Positions 24,989 to 29,905 of a stretch of 29,905 nucleotides of DNA are shown here, piece after piece. The stretch's first letter is position 1; every line of letters starts with the position of its first letter. The notes under the pieces are model-generated. The model saw only the letters and a list, made by a program, of their open reading frames with translations. It made no database searches and had not been told where the DNA came from. A program made the position numbers and the translations under genes. Source of the DNA: a virus (lineage: Duplodnaviria > Caudoviricetes); the IMG/VR virus record IMGVR_UViG_3300032125_000015, positions 1-29,905 of that record. One strand, written 5' to 3'.

Positions 24989-25936
24989 ATGGCAAGGCCG
25001 AAAAAACAAACAGTAGACTATTTTCCACATATGGCAACTAGTGGTAAGACACTATTTATTTTGGAAAGTACCTTTGGTAATGATGGTTATGCATTTTGGT
25101 TTAAATTATTAGAATTGTTAGCAAAGAGTGAGGGTCACGTTTTCGACACGAAAACCATAGCAGAGTGGAAGTTTCTGGTAGCGATAACTCTTGTAGATGA
25201 AGATAAAGCAATGGAGATACTAAATATGCTCGCTGAATTAAATGCTATAGATGCTGATCTATGGAAAAATAAAATTGTTTGGTGTCAAAACCTAGTTGAT
25301 AATGTCGAAGATGTTTATCTGAAACGTCGTGCTAAAAAACCAACCAGACCTCAAACAAATAATAACTGTGACGGAAACCCAAACAGTTCTGTAGTTTCTG
25401 TGACGGAAACTCCAGCAGAAGTTAAAGTTCCTATAGTTTCGGATAGCGGAAACCCACAAAGTAAAGTAAAGGAAACTAAAGTAAATAAAACTAAAGTAAA
25501 TAACAACAACAGGGATGATGATGTGGTTTCTTCTGGTCCTAATGCTCATGAATTTTATCAACAAAACTTTGGTGTAGAAAATTCTATTACTTCTCAAAAC
25601 ATAGAGTTCTGGATTGATGACTTAAACGAAGAGTTGGTTATCGAAGCAATGAGCAGAGCAGCACTAGACCAAAAGGGATATAAATACGCTGAGGGTATCC
25701 TTAAAAATTGGGACAAAAAAAATATAAAGACTATAGACGAAGTAAAGTCTGCAGATGTAGCTTTTGAAAACAGCAAAATAAAGCCTTCATATGGTAATTC
25801 TTCTGCTAGAAAAGAAACACTTCCAGATTGGGCTAAAGAAGAGAATCAGCAAAAACAAGAAACGCCAATGAGCGAAGAGGAAAAAGCTGAATTCATGGAA
25901 CGACTTGAAAAAATACAATCATTTGGAAAGGACTAA
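24989..25936 (+). CDS. Replication initiator (N-terminal DUF4373-like, C-terminal DnaD-like domain)
   Basis: MARPKKQTVDYFPH...FGNDGYAFWFKLLE; FYQQNFG...YAEGILKNW; internal iterons. Confidence 0.85.
   Translation: MARPKKQTVDYFPHMATSGKTLFILESTFGNDGYAFWFKLLELLAKSEGHVFDTKTIAEWKFLVAITLVDEDKAMEILNMLAELNAIDADLWKNKIVWCQNLVDNVEDVYLKRRAKKPTRPQTNNNCDGNPNSSVVSVTETPAEVKVPIVSDSGNPQSKVKETKVNKTKVNNNNRDDDVVSSGPNAHEFYQQNFGVENSITSQNIEFWIDDLNEELVIEAMSRAALDQKGYKYAEGILKNWDKKNIKTIDEVKSADVAFENSKIKPSYGNSSARKETLPDWAKEENQQKQETPMSEEEKAEFMERLEKIQSFGKD
25366..25503. repeat. Putative replication origin inside the initiator gene
   Basis: CTGTGACGGAAAC at 25366 and 25398, related GTTTCGGATAGCGGAAACCC at 25436, then A-rich AAACTAAAGTAAA repeats. 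Confidence 0.7.
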
Positions 25937-25941
25937 GCACA

Positions 25942-26379
25942 TTGAAAATCAAATTTACTGTACCTGGACAACCAGTAGCACAAGGAAGACCAAAATTCAC
26001 TACTATTGGTGGTCATGCAAGAGCATACGATCCTAAGAAGAGCGTGGATTATAAGAAGATAGTTGCTTATCACGCCATGCAACATAAACCTAAGCAGTTA
26101 TTAGAGGGTGAATTAGAGGTTGAAATACTTATCTTCAAAGAGTGTCTCAAATCGTTTAGCAGAAAGAATATGGAACTTGCTGAACTTGGTCAACTAAGAC
26201 CCATTACAAAACCAGATGCGGATAATTATGCAAAAGGTCCGTTGGATGCAATGAAAGGAATCATTTGGAAAGATGATGGCCAGATAGTTGATTTGATTGC
26301 TAGGAAGTTTTACTCGAGTAGACCGAGGATTGAAATCACTGTTAGGACTTTAGGTGAGATTCAAACTGAATTATTTTAA
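25942..26379 (+). CDS. rusA: RusA-family Holliday junction resolvase
   Basis: VPGQPVAQGRP; KPDADNYAK..LDAMKGIIWKDDGQIV. Confidence 0.92.
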   Translation: MKIKFTVPGQPVAQGRPKFTTIGGHARAYDPKKSVDYKKIVAYHAMQHKPKQLLEGELEVEILIFKECLKSFSRKNMELAELGQLRPITKPDADNYAKGPLDAMKGIIWKDDGQIVDLIARKFYSSRPRIEITVRTLGEIQTELF

Positions 26380-26380
26380 T

Positions 26381-26404
26381 AAAAAAACCTCTCATTACGA
26401 GAGG
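26381..26404 (-). terminator. Minus-strand terminator for the inverted ORF
   Basis: CCTCTC-ATTAC-GAGAGG stem preceded by A7 on the plus strand. Confidence 0.7.
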
Positions 26405-26412
26405 CGATAAGG

Positions 26413-26670
26413 TTACATTCTTTTAGATATTTTAGCCATTACTTCTTGTAAATCACTAATATCAAAAACCAATTCGCAAAGCTTTTTATCTTTATCACCA
26501 TCAGTATTTTCAGTCATTACGTCAGCAATAACGTTAACTGAATTCATACTGTCTAAATCAAATTGCAAGTATCTACCACTTACTTGACAAGGAACGTAAC
26601 CTTCATCATGTTTGTTCTTCTGTCTTTTTTCAAAACTAATAGGGATCCTTACAATTTTATCTTTACTCAT
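26413..26670 (-). CDS. Hypothetical 85-aa protein, inverted within the early operon
   Basis: Occupies an otherwise empty gap; SD AGAGGTG; has its own terminator. Confidence 0.75.
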   Translation of the reverse strand: MSKDKIVRIPISFEKRQKNKHDEGYVPCQVSGRYLQFDLDSMNSVNVIADVMTENTDGDKDKKLCELVFDISDLQEVMAKISKRM

Positions 26671-26731
26671 AATTTAGCACCTCTCTTATATAGAGTATAA
26701 ACAAAAACCAAAAAGAAAGCAGGAAAAACAA

Positions 26732-27274
26732 ATGACAAAAACAGTAGAATTCAGACCAACAATTAAAACGGTAAAAATGAACAAGGGCGGCAAACAAGAG
26801 ATTGTTTTATCAATCGAAAATGGATCACTAGATGGCAAGTTTGAAAGTATCAATCAATTAATTGGTGAATCAGTAAACGTGGTTATCCAACCTTCAGTGA
26901 TTAGCTACTCCATTCCTTATGATTCAGTCAATGACACACCTTATTTCAAATATATGGTTAATGGTGATGGAATTGTTATTGAAGTAAAAGAAGAACAAAC
27001 ATCAATTGAAGGTATTGATAACAAAGTATTCAAGGACTTCATTGTTGAAATGGATGATGTAGATACATTTATTAAAGAAGCTTCTTCAATCACTATGCCA
27101 TCAAACATTGAATTGAATCCAAGAACGATTCTTGAATATTTAGATGATGGCATGAATTATGAAGAGATTGCTGAAGAGATGGAATCAAAAGAAAGTACAG
27201 TCGTAAATGATCTAGACAAAGCTAGACAGTATTTTGCTCCTTATGCAGCAGCTTGGGTAGAGTACAAAAAATGA
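26732..27274 (+). CDS. Hypothetical protein with C-terminal HTH-like segment
   Basis: GMNYEEIAEEM...STVVNDLDKAR. Confidence 0.7.
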   Translation: MTKTVEFRPTIKTVKMNKGGKQEIVLSIENGSLDGKFESINQLIGESVNVVIQPSVISYSIPYDSVNDTPYFKYMVNGDGIVIEVKEEQTSIEGIDNKVFKDFIVEMDDVDTFIKEASSITMPSNIELNPRTILEYLDDGMNYEEIAEEMESKESTVVNDLDKARQYFAPYAAAWVEYKK

Positions 27275-27477
27275 CAAAGAAGGTTTTGATTTTGGAAAAT
27301 GCTAGATTCATTTGGGATGAAGAAGAAGTTAAGACATTTGTTGAAATGTGGAACGACAATAAAAGCAGCTATCAAATTGCCAAGGTCTTGAATTGTAAGA
27401 TTTTGGACGTTGCTTTACTTGTTATGGATCAAGCAGAGAAAAGAAAAATCCAACAAAGAAATCGAGGGATAGTATGA
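27271..27477 (+). CDS. Small HTH-like hypothetical protein
   Basis: ATGA overlap; W.EEE...FVEMWNDNKS..QIAK.LN pattern. Confidence 0.65.
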   Translation: MTKKVLILENARFIWDEEEVKTFVEMWNDNKSSYQIAKVLNCKILDVALLVMDQAEKRKIQQRNRGIV

Positions 27478-27806
27478 CTGAGAGGACTAGAAGACAATGG
27501 ATTGGGAAAGAGCGTAACGAACTATTTGTAGATATAAGAGATCCTGAAAAATACAGCAACATAGCTAACGATAAAGCTTTTATGAAATCAATAAGAGTTA
27601 AACGTCCAGATTTAATTACAATCAGTGAACGCAGGAAAGTTAATTCGATTGCTCAACATGGTTTAGACGTTCGGAACAATATTGATTTAGCAATTGCTGG
27701 TCTTTACAGAAGCAAAGCAGATGCTATTAGATTATTTAATGAACAAGAGCAAGTTGAATTTGATAGGCAAATAAAATTACTTGAAAGAGTGAGGGATAAA
27801 GAATGA
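27474..27806 (+). CDS. Hypothetical protein
   Basis: ATGA-coupled, SD GAGGG. Confidence 0.7.
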   Translation: MTERTRRQWIGKERNELFVDIRDPEKYSNIANDKAFMKSIRVKRPDLITISERRKVNSIAQHGLDVRNNIDLAIAGLYRSKADAIRLFNEQEQVEFDRQIKLLERVRDKE

Positions 27807-28054
27807 ATGAAAATAAATTAGTCGTTGACTTAGATACTTATCGTATTACCTTAGCAAGTGAAACTGAAGAAAAAAATCACGTTGAATTGGAAGTGAAGGA
27901 AGGAATGAATGGAGATAAAGAGTGGTTTAAAGATAAATCTGTAAAGACAAGGCAAGTAATCATTAAGTTCTTTGATAATGAAGAATATAGAACTGAATTA
28001 ACTGAAGATGCAGCAAGAGAGTTAATCGAATTCCTGGAGGCTAATAAAAAATGA
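27803..28054 (+). CDS. Hypothetical protein
   Basis: ATGA-coupled, SD GAGGG. Confidence 0.7.
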   Translation: MNENKLVVDLDTYRITLASETEEKNHVELEVKEGMNGDKEWFKDKSVKTRQVIIKFFDNEEYRTELTEDAARELIEFLEANKK

Positions 28055-28416
28055 ATAAGCGTATAAGAAGAAAAGTGGCCAAACGTATTATAAATAAAAT
28101 TGGAACTGAACAGTCACTAACTTTTTTTGAAAGAAAGTATTTCATTAAATTCTTTTGGAAACCACTTAAAGAAGTAGTTAACGGTATTGTTAAAGAACTA
28201 GAAATTGAATCAAAAATACAAATTGAATCTATGAAAGAAAGGATTAGTGAGTTGAGTGTTGTAGAAGAACTTGCAACCGAGCAGGCTGAATGGTTTAAAG
28301 ATAAAAGTTATTCAGAAGAAACTGCAGGTGTGGTTGGTAATTTAGTTGCAGAACCTGCTACGGAATCAAAGTGGCAGAAAGTAAAGGGGAAATTGAAAGG
28401 ATGGTTTGGTAAATGA
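28051..28416 (+). CDS. Hypothetical protein
   Basis: ATGA-coupled, SD GGAGG. Confidence 0.7.
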   Translation: MNKRIRRKVAKRIINKIGTEQSLTFFERKYFIKFFWKPLKEVVNGIVKELEIESKIQIESMKERISELSVVEELATEQAEWFKDKSYSEETAGVVGNLVAEPATESKWQKVKGKLKGWFGK

Positions 28417-28877
28417 ATTCATTAAATATCATTGGAACATTAGGAAGAGATCCACAAATCAATGCAGCTGGAACAGTAGCAAGCTTCAGCATTGCTGTTA
28501 AAAGGAAATACAAAAACAAACAAACGAATGAATATGAAACAGATTGGTTTAACTGTAAAGCATTCAATAAAACCGCAGAGCTTATTAGAGATAATTTCTC
28601 TAAAGGTTCTCAAATTGCATTCGAAGGACATCCTCAGAACAACAATCACGAAAAAGACGGAAAGATGGTTTATCGTGATGAATTCATAGTTGATGGCATT
28701 ACGTTTATTGGCTCTAAAAACAACGCACAATCAAATGGAGACTATCAGCAGACAAATGCTCAACAATACAATTCAAATCAATCTAGCAATCAGAATCCTA
28801 TCCAGTATTCGAATCATGACCCATTTGATAAGAGCGGTACTCCAATTGATATTGAGGATGATGATTTACCGTTTTAA
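28413..28877 (+). CDS. ssb: Single-stranded DNA-binding protein
   Basis: IIG.LGRDP, ETDWFNC.AF.KTAE, Asn/Gln-rich linker, DDDLPF tail. Confidence 0.95.
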   Translation: MNSLNIIGTLGRDPQINAAGTVASFSIAVKRKYKNKQTNEYETDWFNCKAFNKTAELIRDNFSKGSQIAFEGHPQNNNHEKDGKMVYRDEFIVDGITFIGSKNNAQSNGDYQQTNAQQYNSNQSSNQNPIQYSNHDPFDKSGTPIDIEDDDLPF

Positions 28878-28898
28878 CGGAACAATAAGTAAAGGTAG

Positions 28899-29336
28899 GT
28901 GATCGTCATAAAATTCCAGTGGCTGAAAGATTATCAAGATTCTGAAGAGAAAATTACTTATCTTAAATGGAATATCAGAAAAACAAAGTACGAACTGGAG
29001 CGTTGGGAAGATAGCTCAGATTTAGGGAAAATATTTTTAATCAAAGAATCAAAAGGATCTAAAGTTGAAGAAAATTTAGTGTTCTTAGAAAAAGAGCTAA
29101 TCTTTCAAGAAGAAATGCAAGCGTCTTTACTTATTCTAATAAATACATTTAAAGGATTGGAAAATCAAATACTTAAGATGAAGTACGTTGAGGGCAAATC
29201 ATTAGAAGCTGTTGCTGAAGAACTAAACTATTCTCATGGCCATATAAGACAAAAGCATGCTGAATTAAGAAGAAGATTAGACTTTCTAGATGATTGGGAA
29301 GAGGTCCAAAAGAAAATGTATCAAATGTCAGATTAA
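28899..29336 (+). CDS. RinA/ArpU-type late transcriptional activator
   Basis: C-terminal sigma-region-4-like HTH (ILKMKYVEGKSLEAVAEELNYS); last early gene. Confidence 0.75.
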   Translation: MIVIKFQWLKDYQDSEEKITYLKWNIRKTKYELERWEDSSDLGKIFLIKESKGSKVEENLVFLEKELIFQEEMQASLLILINTFKGLENQILKMKYVEGKSLEAVAEELNYSHGHIRQKHAELRRRLDFLDDWEEVQKKMYQMSD

Positions 29337-29403
29337 TGTAATAACAACACTTGTATGTTTATCTTGCTTTCGAAAGATTATAGTAACAACATAAGAAATC
29401 TAC

Positions 29404-29438
29404 AAAAGGCAGCTGCACTTGCAGTTGTCTTTTGTTTT
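29404..29438 (+). terminator. Intrinsic terminator between the activator and HNH genes
   Basis: AAAAGGCAGCTGC-ACTT-GCAGTTGTCTTTT followed by GTTTT. Confidence 0.75.
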
Positions 29439-29470
29439 GCAATCAGACGGAGAGTTGGTGATACCCCACC

Positions 29471-29806
29471 ATGGCATTAAGAGCTGACAAACAAGGAGCG
29501 CATCGAGCATCCTTTGATAAGAATAGAAAGATAATACTAAAGACTCAATCAACCTGTGGTATCTGTGGCAAGCCAGTAGATGTAAGTATCAAAGCGCCTG
29601 ATCCATTATCACCAACAGTTGACCACATTGTTCCGATTGCTAAAGGTGGTCATCCATCTGCAATGGAGAACTTACAGCTTGCTCATGCAGCATGTAACAG
29701 ACAAAAGTCAGACAAACTATTTAATAATAAAGAAATAAAAGAACCAAAAGTAATAGGCAATAGAAACCTACCTAAGAGCCTTGACTGGCTTTTATATAAA
29801 TCATAA
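29471..29806 (+). CDS. HNH endonuclease (cos/terminase-associated)
   Basis: CGICG...VDHIVP...GG...NLQLAH..CNRQKS; immediately before the putative cos. Confidence 0.92.
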   Translation: MALRADKQGAHRASFDKNRKIILKTQSTCGICGKPVDVSIKAPDPLSPTVDHIVPIAKGGHPSAMENLQLAHAACNRQKSDKLFNNKEIKEPKVIGNRNLPKSLDWLLYKS

Positions 29807-29889
29807 GTAAATTTACACATGAAATTATTACAGTGGATTAGATAGAACATTAGGGGGGCATGGGTACCCCTCCGGTAGTTCCTTCGTCC

Positions 29890-29902
29890 TTCACGCTGTC
29901 AC
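29890..29902. other. Putative cos site TTCACGCTGTCAC
   Basis: Reverse complement GTGACAGCGTGAA differs by one base from the lactococcal phiLC3 cohesive end as I recall it (GTGACGGCGTGAA); lies after HNH and a GC-rich stretch, 3 nt from the window end. Confidence 0.65.
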
Positions 29903-29905
29903 TGT

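Larger units (their letters stand above)
1..29905. mobile_element. Temperate siphophage genome segment (terminase/portal region absent)
   Basis: Continuous phage module order with no host genes. Confidence 0.95.

Noticed and set aside
1-29905. tRNA or rRNA genes
   Set aside because: No cloverleaf or rRNA-like sequence recognised in the intergenic regions by eye; tRNAscan-SE would be decisive.

Overview
About 30 kb of a temperate, cos-type siphophage of a low-GC Firmicute. The host is probably a lactic-acid-bacterium relative; this is inferred and cannot be fixed from the sequence. The gene order resembles r1t/LC3-like phages. The window begins inside the scaffold gene and runs through capsid, head-tail, tail (with a -1 frameshift chaperone pair), a 1.5-kaa tail spike/fibre, and the holin plus Amidase_3/CW_7 lysin. 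Next come an AT-rich two-gene moron (307-aa soluble protein plus 4-TM protein), an apparently intact attP, a large serine integrase, and the leftward lysogeny operon (membrane-anchored protein, basic peptide, ImmA-like protease, XRE repressor). A face-to-face promoter switch leads into cro, an antirepressor, an SbcC-like ATPase/RecT/MBL recombination module, the replication initiator with its origin, RusA, SSB, a late activator and an HNH gene. The window ends 3 nt after a putative cos site. Intact attP plus a terminal cos suggest excised or virion DNA. The best novelty candidates are a RexAB-like exclusion moron behind a LexA-box promoter and a structured, terminator-containing leader, and a recurring pattern of short antisense RNAs fired backwards from beside the RBS of the integrase and ATPase genes. 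All family assignments are by-eye motif and synteny recognition; no searches were run.
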